From: Octopus sinensis
Taxonomy: Eukaryota
Reading direction: 5' to 3'
NCBI RefSeq assembly: GCF_006345805.1
Contig: NC_043014.1
Span: 23,126,001 to 23,190,000 of the forward strand
DNA length: 64,000 nt
Position 1 is the stretch's first letter. The number at the start of each line of letters is the position of its first letter. Made by a program: the position numbers and the translations under genes. Shown here in pieces: positions 12,771 to 24,348 of the stretch. The notes under the pieces are model-generated. The model did no database searches. It saw only the letters and a list, made by a program, of their open reading frames with translations, and was not told where the DNA came from.

Positions 12771-13111
12771 CATATTATATTTGAAAATTTTTTACTTATA
12801 TCTCTTTATCTTTTTACTATACTGTATATCTCATTTTATATAATGCCTTTACTCATATGTAATGGTGTATTAAAGTATTGATTGGGTATCATCGGATAGT
12901 TGATGTTTTATTGATTTAAGTATGTTTCTCCATTCTCTAATTCTGTAGTATTAATTTACGGTAATATTATTACCTTTACCCATATAATACAATAGATGAA
13001 CTGATTGTTTGACAATTTTTAACATCTATGTATTAATCTTGTTGGGTACCTATCTGGCAGTATATTGGATATATATTATCCCATGGTGGGTTGAATTTTC
13101 AACCCCTATCT

Positions 13112-13151
<40 letters not shown>

Positions 13152-13192
13152 GTGTATGTATATATATATGTATATATATATATATATATATA

Positions 13193-16100
13193 TCATCATC
13201 ATCATCATCATCATCATCATTTAACGTCCGCTTTCCATGCTAGCATGGGTTGGACGGTTCAACTGGGGTCTGGGGAGCCCGAAAGTTGCACCAGTCCAGT
13301 CAGATCTGGCAGTGTTTCTACAGCTGGATGCCCTTCCTAACGCCAACCACTCCGAGAGTGTAGTGGGTGATTTTATGTGCCACCGACACAGGTGCCAGAC
13401 GAGGCTGGCAAACGGCCACGCTCGGATGGTGTTTTTATGTGCCACCGACACAGGTGCCAGACGAGGCTGGCAGACGGCACGCTCGGATGGTGTTTTTTAT
13501 GTGCACCGACACAGGTGCCAGACGAGGCTGGCAGACGGCCACGCTCGGATGGTGTTTTTATGTGCCACCGACACAGGTGCCAGACGAGGCTGGCAGACGG
13601 CCACGCTTGGATGGTGTTTTTATGTGCCACCGACACAGGTGCCAGATGAGGCTGGCAAACGGCCACGATCGGATGGTGCTTGTTACGTGCCCACAGCACG
13701 GAGGCAGTCGATGCGGTACTGGCTACGGCCACGTTCGGATGGTTTTCTTATGTGCCACGTGCCACCGGCACTGGTACCACAAAGATACAAATTCCATTGA
13801 TGTTCATCTATTTTGATTTGTTTTGATTTTGATTTTCACTTGCCTCAACAGGTCTTCACAAGTGTCACAAGAAGGAAGGTATGCACAGGTGGACTGACTA
13901 CGTCCAGGTAGGGGCCAGGGGTTATGGCCTGACTAGTCTTGCCGGGTCTTCGGATGGTGTTTTTATGTGCCACCGACACAGGTGCTAGATGAGGTGGCGA
14001 ACGGCCACGATCGGATGGTGGTTGTCATGTGCCCACCGCACTGACTACGGCACTGATGGATTTCTTGTGTGCCACAGGCACTGGTACCACAAGATACAAA
14101 TTCCATTGATGTTCATCTATTTTGTCTATTTTGATTTGATTTGATTTTCACTTGCCTCAACTGGTCTTCACAAGTGTCACAAGAAGGAAGGTATGCACAG
14201 GTGGACTGACTAGTCTTGCCGGGTCTTCGGAAGGTGTTTTTTATGTGCCACCGACACAGGTGCCAGATGAGGCTGGCGAACGGCCATGATCGGATGGTGT
14301 TTGTTACGTGCCCACAGCACGGAGGCCGGTCGGTGCGGAACTGGCTACGGCCACGTTCGGATGGTTCTCTTGTGTGCCACCGGCACTGGTACCACAAAGT
14401 GTGTGCCACCGGCACTGGTACCACAAAGATACAGATTCCATTGATGTTCATCTATTTTGATTTGTTTTGATTTGATTTTCACTTGCCTCAACAGGTCTTC
14501 ACAAGTGTCACAAGAAGGAAGGTATGCACAGGTGGACTGACTACGTCCCAGGTAGGGGCCATGGGTTATGGCCTGACTAGTCTTGCCGGGTCTTCGGATG
14601 GTGTTTTTATGTGCCACCGACACAGGTGCTAGATGAGGCTGGCGAACGGCCACGATCGGATGGTGTTTGTCATGTGCCCACAGCACGGAGGCCAGTCGAT
14701 GCGGTACTGGCTACGGCCACTTTCGGATGGTTTTCTCTTGTGTGCCACCGGCACTGGTACCACAAAGATACAAATTCCATTGATGTTCATCTATTTTGAT
14801 TTGTTTTGATTTGATTTGATTTTGATTTTCACTTGCCTCAACAGGCCTTCACAAGTATCACAAGGAGGAAGGTATGCACAGGTGGACTGACTACGTCCCA
14901 GGTAGGGGCCATGGTTTATGGCCTGACTAGTCTTGCCGGGTCTTCGGAAGGTGTTTTTATGTGCCACCGACACAGGTGCTAGATGAGGCTGGCGAACGGC
15001 CACAACCGGATGGTGTTTGTTATGTGCCCACAGCACGATGGCCAGTGATGCGGTACTGACTACGGCCATGTTCGGATGGATTCTTGTGTGCCACCGGCAC
15101 TGGTACCACAAGCGGTACTGACTACTTTTTATGTGCCACCGGCACAGGTGCTAGATGAGACTGGCGAACGGCCACGACCGGATGGTGTTTGTTATGTGCC
15201 CACAGCACGATGGCGAGTGATGCAGTACTGACTACGGCCACGTTCGGATGGATTCTTGTGTGCTACCGGCACTAGTACCACAAGCGGTACTGACTACGGC
15301 CACGTTCGGATGGATTCTTGTGTGCCACCGGCACTGGTACCACAAGCGGTACTGACTACGGCCACGTTCGGATGGATTCTTGTGTGCCACCGGCACTGGT
15401 ACCACAAGGATACAAATTCCATTGATGTTCATCTATTTTGATTTGTTTTGATTTGATTTGATTTTCACTTGCCTCAGCAGGTCTTCACAAGTGTCACAAG
15501 AAGGAAGGTATGTACAGGTGGACTGACTACGTCCCAGGTAGGGCCCACGGGTTATGACCTGACTAGTCTTGCCGGGTCTTTGGATGGTGTTTTTATGTGC
15601 CACCATGTTCCCACAGCACGGAGGCCAGTCGATGCGGTACTGGCTACGGCCACGTTCGGATGGTTTTCTTGTGTGCCACAGGCACTGGTACCACAAAGAT
15701 ACAAATTCCATTGATGTTCATCTATTTTGATTGATTTTCACTTGCCTCAGCAGGTCTTCACAAGTGTCACAAGAAGGAAGGTATGCACAGGTGGATCGAC
15801 TACGTCCCAGGTAGGGGCCACGGGATATGGCCTGACTAGTCCTGCTGGGTCCTCTCATGCACTGCACACTTCCATAGGACTCGGTCTTCAGTCATTTCCT
15901 TGGTGAGACCTAAAGTTCGAAGGTCGTGCTTCACCACCTCGTCCCAGGTTTTCTTGGGTCTACCTCTTCCACAGGTTCCCTCAACTGCTAGGGTGTAGCA
16001 CTTTTGCACACAACTATCTTCAGCCATTCTCGTCACATGACCATACCAGCGCAGCCGTCTCTCTTGCACACCACAACTGACACTTCTTAGGTTCAACTTT

Positions 16101-17354
16101 TCTCTCAAAGTACTTACACTCTGACGATTATGAACACTGACATTACACATCCATCGGAGCATACTGGCTTCATTTCTTGCAAGCTTACGCATATCCTCAG
16201 CTGTCACGGCCCATGTTTCACTACCATGTAGCATGGCTGTACGTACACACGCATCATATAGTCTGCCTTTTACTCTTAGCAAGAGGCCTTTTGTCACCAG
16301 CAGGGGTAAGAGCTCTCTAAACTTTGCCCAGGCTATTCTTACTCTAGCAGTTACACTTTCAGCACACCCACCCCCGCTACTTACTTGGTCACCTAGGTAG
16401 CGGAAGCTATCAACTACTTCTAGTTTGTCTCCCTGGAACGTGGTAGAAGTTGGTGTCTGCACATTTCCAGTGTTTATTTCTCCTGAGCATCTGCCACAGA
16501 CAAAAACTATTTTCTTAGTTAGCCTTCCTTTGACATTGCTGCACCTCTTATGTGTCCATAGCTTACACTTGGTGCACCTTATAGAGTTTCTACCTACACC
16601 TTTTTACAGATCGAGCAGGGCCATCTACCTGAAGTCGTTTGTGGTTGGTCCACCTTCCTACTTATTAGGACTTTGGTTTTGGCTAGGTTGATTCTAAGGC
16701 CCTTCGATTCTAATCCTTGTTTCCACACCTGAAACTTCTCCTCCAGTTCTGATAGTGACTCAGCAATTAGAGCAAGGTCATCAGCATATAGGAGCTCCCA
16801 GGGGCATCCTGTCTTAATTCTTCCGTTATTGCCTGGAGGACTATGATAACTAGGAGGGGGCTGAGGACTGAACCTTGGTGGACCCCAACCTCTACCCGGA
16901 ATTCTTCACTGTACTTGTTGCCACCCCTCACCTTACTAGCTGCATCTCTGTACATGGCTCGCACAGCTCTCACTAACCATTCATCTATCCCTAGTTTCCT
17001 CATTGACCACCAGATAAGGGATCGGGGCCCTGTCAAAGCAAAGGCTTTCTCTAAGTCAACAAAAGCCAGTACAAGGGCTTACCTTGGGCTAGGTATTTCT
17101 CCTGCAGCTGTCTTACCAGGAATATAGCATCTGTAGTACTTTTCCCTGGCACGAACCCAAACTGCATCTCATCTAAGCTAACTCTCTCTCTAATTAACTG
17201 GGCGATAATCCTCTCCGTAACCTTCATTACCTGATCCAACAGCTTGATGCCCCTGTAGTTATTTGTATCTAGGGCATCGCCTTTACCTTTGCAGCAGTTG
17301 ACTATTATGCTGCTACACCAGTCATTGGGTATGACTCTTCGTGTATCACCTGGT

Positions 17355-17360
<6 letters not shown>
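13193..17360 (-). mobile_element. 5'-truncated RTE family A LINE with hugely expanded 3' UTR
   Basis: RT motifs QFGFVPGKSTTDAIF (17051-17239), GVHQGSVLSP and YADD on the - strand; ORF 15836-16462 contains FRYLG...ETWA...RLRWYGHV..RGRP.KTW; (ATG)n tail at 13193-13220. Both ends abut (TA)n. Confidence 0.95.
13371..15840 (-). repeat. Tandem array of ~62-bp modules and ~270-640-bp higher-order units inside the LINE 3' UTR
   Basis: Five near-identical 62-bp units at 13371-13680. The marker ACTTGCCTCA(A/G)C recurs at ~13838, 14150, 14481, 14831, 15467 and 15740. Three copies of a recombinant 62-bp unit lie at ~15221-15406. Confidence 0.95.
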
Positions 17361-17405
<45 letters not shown>

Positions 17406-17662
17406 ATATATATATATATATAATACGTGTATTAATATAATATGTATATAATATTATGTATAATATATATATATGTTATATATGTATGTATATATATCGT
17501 GTATATATATATATGTATATATATATATGTATATATATACGTGTATGTAATATATATATGTATATATATATATACGTGTATATATATATATATATTATAT
17601 ATATATATATGTGTGTATATATATATGTATGTATATATATAATATGTGTATATATATGTATG

Positions 17663-17700
<38 letters not shown>

Positions 17701-17740
17701 TATATATGTATATATATATATATAATATATATATATATGT
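17361..17740. repeat. Degenerate (TA)n/(TATG)n microsatellite; similar tracts at 18330-18665, 21400-22062, 23020-23215
   Basis: Seen directly. These tracts produce the spurious IYIY ORFs. Confidence 0.95.
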
Positions 17741-18502
17741 GTCCCCTCCTCCTTCCCTCTTCCTTGCCTATAAAACAAATTCCTTACACGTGGTTCCCAC
17801 TATTGAAAAACTGCCTCCACGCGCTGCTACTACACTTTCGTCCTTGCCAGCAAAAGGCTTCTTCGTTCGTCCCCTTGTGTGGTTGATTTCCTGTATAGTA
17901 TTCTTGTTATTTTCTCGTTTTGTAACTAATTGTACTTTTGTACATGTATTTTTATTTTTGCAGTTTTATTGTTTGTCTATGCCGAAAAAAGGCTTTTTCG
18001 TTCGTCCTCTTGTGTTTGTTTTTGTACATGTATTTTAATTTTGCAGTCTTATTGTTACGTCTTGTTTGTGTTCGTACTCATTGTGCCCCCTGCTTGAAAT
18101 TTTATTTTAATTCTCTCGCAGGAAGGCCTATGGATTAGTGTTCTGTTATGCCTTCGAAACATGCCTGACTCCTCTAGCGACAGCTGATGACGGGGGTTTT
18201 GTCCTTGTGTAGCTCGTCCTGTATTTGTTTTTCATTTTCCGTTTTCTTGTTTTTTGTTTTTTTTGGCTTTTTCCGTTCTCTACGTCTTATTGTGATGTCC
18301 TGTACTCCCGTATAATTATTTATATATGCATGGTATATATACATGTAGATGTAGGTACGTACATATATGTTTGTATGTATGCATATATTTTTATTATCTC
18401 CTATATATATATATATATGTTATTGTATGTATATATATGTATATATATATATATATATATGTATATATGTAGTATATATATGTATATATATATATATATA
18501 TA

Positions 18503-18611
<109 letters not shown>

Positions 18612-19090
18612 GTATATATATATTATATGTATATATATATATGTATATGTATATATGTATTATATAAGAAAAAAGGTTTGAAAATGCAATTTAAACGATG
18701 TTTATTTACTTAACCGGTTTCACTCTTTGGTAAAAGATTGCGAAAAGTTACATTTAAGGAAACATTGAATAATATGGGTTTAAAAAATTTTTTTACATAT
18801 TGTCACATTGAATATTATGCATTCAAAAGAGTTTTTTACATAATTGTCACATTGGATATTATGAATTCAAAAATGTTTTTTTGTACATAATTGTCACATT
18901 ACATGTATAAATATAGTGTTTGGTAACAGAGAAGTTCAATTGTGATGAAATATTTGGGAAAATTTGGCAGAAAAGGATAAAACAAATATATTATTGGGAA
19001 TTGGTTGCGTTAATTATTGGTTGTTGCAAATTGTCACATTACATGTATATATATACAATCTTTGGTATATATATACAGCCTTTTGACAGC

Positions 19091-19190
19091 NNNNNNNNNN
19101 NNNNNNNNNNNNNNNNNNNNNNNNNNNNNNNNNNNNNNNNNNNNNNNNNNNNNNNNNNNNNNNNNNNNNNNNNNNNNNNNNNNNNNNNNN
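19091..19190. other. Assembly gap (100 N)
   Basis: Exactly 100 N, so probably a gap of unknown size. Contiguity across it is not guaranteed. Confidence 1.
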
Positions 19191-19302
19191 TCAATATAAT
19201 CAGCTAAACTGTTGAAGGTACTACTCCAGCATGACCACAATTCAATGACTGAACTCAGTAAGAGAATAAAAGAACCTTAAGAACCAAGTTTGCATTTCAT
19301 CT

Positions 19303-19359
<57 letters not shown>

Positions 19360-19479
19360 GCTAAATATAGTACTTACATATTTGTATAATTTAAACTGGT
19401 TTTTATTCTTGTATGAATTTTTAAAAAAATACATAGTATATGTAGATGTGAACCTACACTCAGACTATAAGTTATTGCT

Positions 19480-20420
19480 TTTTTTTTTTTTGTTTTATTG
19501 GTTTGGGCTGGAGGAAAGGGCCATGGCTGTTGTCTTTGCAAAGGCTCCCTCTAACACTGATGTTGTTAACCCTCGCACAGGCTTTGTGAGAAGTTACAGA
19601 GACTTGTTGAGACATGTATAGTGTTTCACTATGGTCTTCATCCATTCAGGGTTTAACAACTGTCTTCAGCACCTCAATGTATCTGGTGGCATCAATTCCA
19701 GGGCTCTAAGTAAATGCATTGCACAGATCAGACAGTTTTACTCTGCCTTAGCAGACATAAATTTGCCTCTCCTCAGTGCATATGGCTTAGATTGAACATT
19801 CTCGTGCACCACAGTTCTGATAGTAGTCCACTCTGACACATGAAGTTGTTTAGCAATGTCCCTTGTTGATTTTTCAAGATTGTCATTGATAATGTTTTGA
19901 ACCTTTTGGATGAATTGCAGTGCTCTGATAGTGAACAAACACTCAGAATTATGATCAGCATCATCCTTGTCATCATCATCATCATCTAACATCTGTTTTC
20001 CATGCTGGAATGGATTGGATGATTTGACCAGAGCTGGCAAGGCCAGAGGCTGCACCAGGCTCCACTGTTCTGGCAAGATTTCTACAGCTGGATGCCCTTC
20101 ATAACACCAACCACTCCATAAAGTGTATTGGGTGCTTATTATGTAGCACCAGCATGAATGTTTTTAATGTGGCACTAGCACAAATGCTTTTTATGTGACA
20201 TCAGTACCATTATCAATTCTGCTGTGACAGATGGGTCTTGAGAAAGTTTTCCTCTTTTTGATATATTTGAAGCATCCTGCTAGAGGCTTCCAATTCCATC
20301 TGAACTTTGTACAAAAGGTCTTGTAATTTCTAAATCGTTGCGTTTCACACATATGGCAATCATGACGGCATGTCTTTTCATTTCTTGTGTTGACTTTTTA
20401 TCTGCCAAGGGGTATCTGAA
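19480..20420 (-). mobile_element. Decayed Tc1/mariner-superfamily (maT/rosa-like) transposase, interrupted by an RTE-tail element at ~19972-20215
   Basis: The - strand gives MKRHAVMIAI..., QKVQNIINDNLEKSTRDIAKQLHVSEWTTIRTVVHE (HTH) and an INATRYIEVLKTVVKP-like segment; many stops and frameshifts. Confidence 0.55.
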
Positions 20421-20505
20421 AGATTATTTGACCAGGAAAGAGTAATATACTTATAATTAAATATTTTCAAATACCCTTTGCACCTTGTATATATGTATTT
20501 ATGTG

Positions 20506-20823
20506 AGGGCGCGTGGCTTAGTGGTTAGGGCATTCGGCTCATGATCGTAAGGTTGTGAGTTCGATTCCCGGCGACGCGTTGTGTCCTTGAGCAAGACACT
20601 TTATTTCACGTTGCTCCAGTCCACTCAGCTGGCAAAAATGAGTTGTACTTGTATTTTCAAAGGGTCAGCCTTGTCACTCTCTGTGTCACGCTGATTATCC
20701 CCGAGAACTACGTTAAGGGTACACGTGTCTGTGGAATGCTCAGCCATTTGCACGTTAATTTCACGAGCAAGCTGTTCCGTTGATCGTATCAGCTGGGACC
20801 CTCGTCGTCGTAACCGGCGGAGT
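20506..20823 (+). mobile_element. tRNA-derived SINE with CORE/Meta-like central domain
   Basis: A box TGGCTTAGTGG and B box GAGTTCGATTCC, then TGTGTCCTTGAGCAAGACACTT. There is no tRNA acceptor stem or 3' end, so it is not a tRNA gene. Confidence 0.8.
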
Positions 20824-21533
20824 AAGAGAGATATGTATTTATGTATATTTTCTTATAAATTATATATACATACACACACTACAATTTATTCAGTAAAGCA
20901 TTTTTTTATACAAAAAATCATAAGTAAAATGTGATTTTATTTTTTTGTATAAAACTCATTTTGTGAAAGACACTGGTATTTTTACAGTAAAACTTTTATA
21001 CGAAAACATTTTTTATATGAAAATAATTTTGTATCTTTATTTTCATATATAAGATACATGGAAAAGGTAAAAAAAATATTTATCTCCTAATTTAAAAAAA
21101 TAAAACTTGCTTTATTTAGATATATGCATAAATTTAACGCATTTTCAACTCTTTCTTCTAACACACAACAGAAGTAAATAGACACCTCATAAAACATCGT
21201 TTTATTTATTTATTTTTTGTTTCAGTCATTTGACTGTGGCCTTTAGTTGAGCAAATCAACCCCAGGACTTATTCTTTGTAAGCCTAGTACTTATTCTATC
21301 AGGCTCTCTTGCCGAACTGCTAACTAACAGGGATATAAACATACCAGCATCAGTTGTCAGGCTATGTTGGTGGGGACAAACACAGACATATACATACATA
21401 TACATACATACATATATATGTATGTATGTATATATATATTTATGTGTATATATATTTATGTGTATATATATATGTGTATGTATATATATATGTGTATGTA
21501 TATATATATATATATGTATGTATATGTATGTAT

Positions 21534-21598
<65 letters not shown>

Positions 21599-21620
21599 GT
21601 ATGTATGATATATATATACG

Positions 21621-21658
<38 letters not shown>

Positions 21659-21878
21659 TGTATGTATATATATATGTATGTAATATGTATGTATGTATAT
21701 ATGTATGTATATATATATATGTATGTATACATATATATATTATATATATATATATATATATATGTATGTTGTATATATATACGTATATATATGTATGTAT
21801 ATATATGTATGATATTATATATGTATGTATATATATATGTATGTATGTTATGTATGTATCTATATATACGTATATAAG

Positions 21879-21910
<32 letters not shown>

Positions 21911-22219
21911 TGTATGTAATATCTATGTATGTATTAGTATGTATAATATATGTATGTATATATAATGTATGTATATAGTATGTATGTATATATGTAGTAT
22001 ATATATATATGTATGTATGTGTATATATATATATCTATATAATATATATATATATATATATACGATGGGCTTCTTCAACAAGCCAATATCAAGTGGAGAA
22101 AAGATTGGGCCATTGAGGTGATGGGGTAGCCACTAGCATTTTGGGATACTATCATATTCTCTGAGGAGTCCAGATTTGCAGTATTTTCTGACTGGTTGAG
22201 TATGGGTCTGGAGACTCTG

Positions 22220-22670
22220 TCATCAAGAATTTAACATGAAAAGATTGCTGCCAACACTGAAACAAGGCAGCTATTTTGTGATGTTTTGGGGAGCAAGTTG
22301 GAGCAATGGTCAATCAGAGCTGGTGGAAACATAAACTCAGATAAATATGTGTCCATATTGCAGAAAGGACTCCTTCCAATCTTCTCTAATGGTGAAACGA
22401 TTAAAGAAGACTCCTTATTTATTAAAAAGACCCAAGATTGATTGGAAAAGAATGGCATTAAAATACTTCCATGGTCAAGCCAGTCACCAGATATGAACCC
22501 TATTGAACATCTCTGGGGCATAATGGACAGGACACTTAGCTAAAAGAACAAAATGCATCCTCAAAGCCAGATCTTTTGAGATTATTGCATGAAACTTAGC
22601 AAGAAACCCCCCAAGAGAGTATTCATCATGTGATCAGTAGAATGCCTTATAGGATATGTGATGATCTAGG
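22220..22670 (+). mobile_element. Tc1-type transposase relic (catalytic domain)
   Basis: Translates to ..VMFWG..GNINSDKYVSILQKGLLP and [19 protein letters not shown] (the Tc1 SPDLNPIE motif); disrupted. Confidence 0.8.
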
Positions 22671-22739
22671 GGGATATATCTTGGAAATCTTGGTTCCCTT
22701 AATGGCAGAATTAATAGTGAAGACTATTTAAGTGTATAT

Positions 22740-23017
22740 ATATATGGGTACAGGGTGTCACCAACTGTTCAAACAACATGAAATATGTAAACAGTGAGAA
22801 AAATAGAGAGAACAGGACAAGTAAACACAGAGAAAAGACCCTTCATCAGTTGTGAGCTGTCTATCTACTCCTCATTTCAAGCATTGGAGGAGAGTAGATA
22901 GACAGCCGACAACTGATGAAGGGTCATTTCTCTGTTTACTTGTCCTGTACTCCATCGTTTTTCTCGGCTATGTATTTCATGTTGTTTGAACTGTTGGTGT
23001 CATCCTGTACCCATATA
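22740..23017. repeat. ~280-bp hairpin element (arms ~135 bp, loop ~13 nt) inserted in (TA)n
   Basis: ATGGGTACAGG..GACAAGTAAAC..GACCCTTCATCAGTTG..CTGTCTATCTACTCCTC is mirrored after the loop. The arms are diverged (roughly 85% by eye). Confidence 0.9.
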
Positions 23018-23045
23018 TGCATGCATATATATATGTTATATATAT

Positions 23046-23102
<57 letters not shown>

Positions 23103-23170
23103 GTAATGTAATATGTGACACACATGTATGTATGTGTGTGTATGTATGTATGTGTGTGTGTATGTATGTA

Positions 23171-23216
<46 letters not shown>

Positions 23217-23403
23217 ATCCAAACATGAAAACGCGAGGACGTGGAACAAGTATAGTGTTATTGGACGCTCAGGAAAGGAAAGAAAGGAGGATTTAACGTT
23301 TTGAGCGGAGCTTTTGGTCAGAAACATAGGTAAAGGAAAGATCCAAGGAAGGGGAGACGGAGGGAAAAAAATCGCCAACGATACACACATGGTCACATTT
23401 TGA

Positions 23404-23437
<34 letters not shown>

Positions 23438-24348
23438 TTACATACATGCATATTTATATGTATACATATTTATATATTTATATATGCGCATGCATGCGTG
23501 CACACATACATGTACACACACATATGGTAACATGTTCCAGCCTACCTACCTAACCTAATCTAGTTTGGGAAGTTTTAATTTTGGTGTGGCTGAAGGATAG
23601 AGAGGAAGAGTGATGGACTTAAATCTAAGTACTTAATATGTAGATTTAGCTGCCCTGGAAATATTGAAGTTGTGTGAAAGAGTACAGTTTTGATGGGCGT
23701 GTGTTTACTTTGTAAATATTCACCCTGGCACATCAGGTGGAGTTTTTTTTTTGTTTTGTCTGTAGTTTTTCTTTTATATCACCCTGTTTTTTTTTTTATA
23801 TTTTCCTGTGGTGGTGGTAGTATGGAAAAGGGGTGAGTAAAAGATATATTTCAAGGAAAATATTGATGCTATATTTCTCCCCCACTTCCTCACCTGTTGG
23901 GGGGGGGATCCCCCACACCACCTTTTCCTTTTTGTCTTTTTCTCAACCATCCATTTTCAGTGTGGATTTGGGGGTGGGATACATGGTTATTTTGTTTATT
24001 TATTTATCTAATTTTTTTTTTGTTTTTCTTTTAAACATGCTATGCTATATGTCATGAAGTCACTTTTTTTTTTATTCCTGTATTAGATTTCATACTTTCA
24101 AATAATGAATCACCTTCTCCCTCTGCTCTGTCTTCACTTACACATTTAGAAAAGTCAGTGTGCATGTGTTTAAATAGCATTGTATTAAATTTCGTAATTT
24201 ATATACACATACATGCACATGCATACACACATCACACACATACATTTGCCATTAGTATATATGTGTATTTTTGAAAGAAGACCAGCTATGAATTGTCACA
24301 GAAAAGTTAGTGAATCCCATCATGTGTGTGTGTGTGTGTGTGTGTGTA

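Larger units (their letters stand above)
12093..13116. mobile_element. Penelope-like pLTR derivative with 5' fold-back: palindrome 12093-12950 (centre 12524|12525) plus ~165-bp unique extension
   Basis: The centre reads GCTACACTTATATAAT|ATTATATAAGTGTAGC. The arms differ by one substitution and 6 nt of indels in A/T runs. The element is flanked by (TA)n on both sides and carries a hammerhead core. The PLE assignment is inference from the known PLE-hammerhead association and inverted pLTRs. Confidence 0.65.

Noticed and set aside
13371-13680. HDV-like ribozyme in the 62-nt module (GCCAGCCUCGUCUGGC resembles HDV P3/L3)
   Set aside because: I could not build P1, P1.1 or P2, or a catalytic C-RAA junction, on either strand.
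13237-15714. Repetitive ORFs of up to 187 aa across the UTR array
   Set aside because: They are by-products of the tandem repeat, in several frames and on both strands, with no protein-like features.
13371-15840. CRISPR-like array (palindromic repeats with variable inserts)
   Set aside because: The variable parts are only 6-11 nt and recur, the array is the 3' UTR of a LINE, the DNA is eukaryotic and there are no cas genes.
18790-19080. Three to four copies of a ~43-bp ATTGTCACATT repeat
   Set aside because: Short, degenerate and adjacent to the assembly gap; no further structure.
20506-20580. tRNA gene
   Set aside because: A and B boxes are present but there is no acceptor stem, and it continues into a SINE body.
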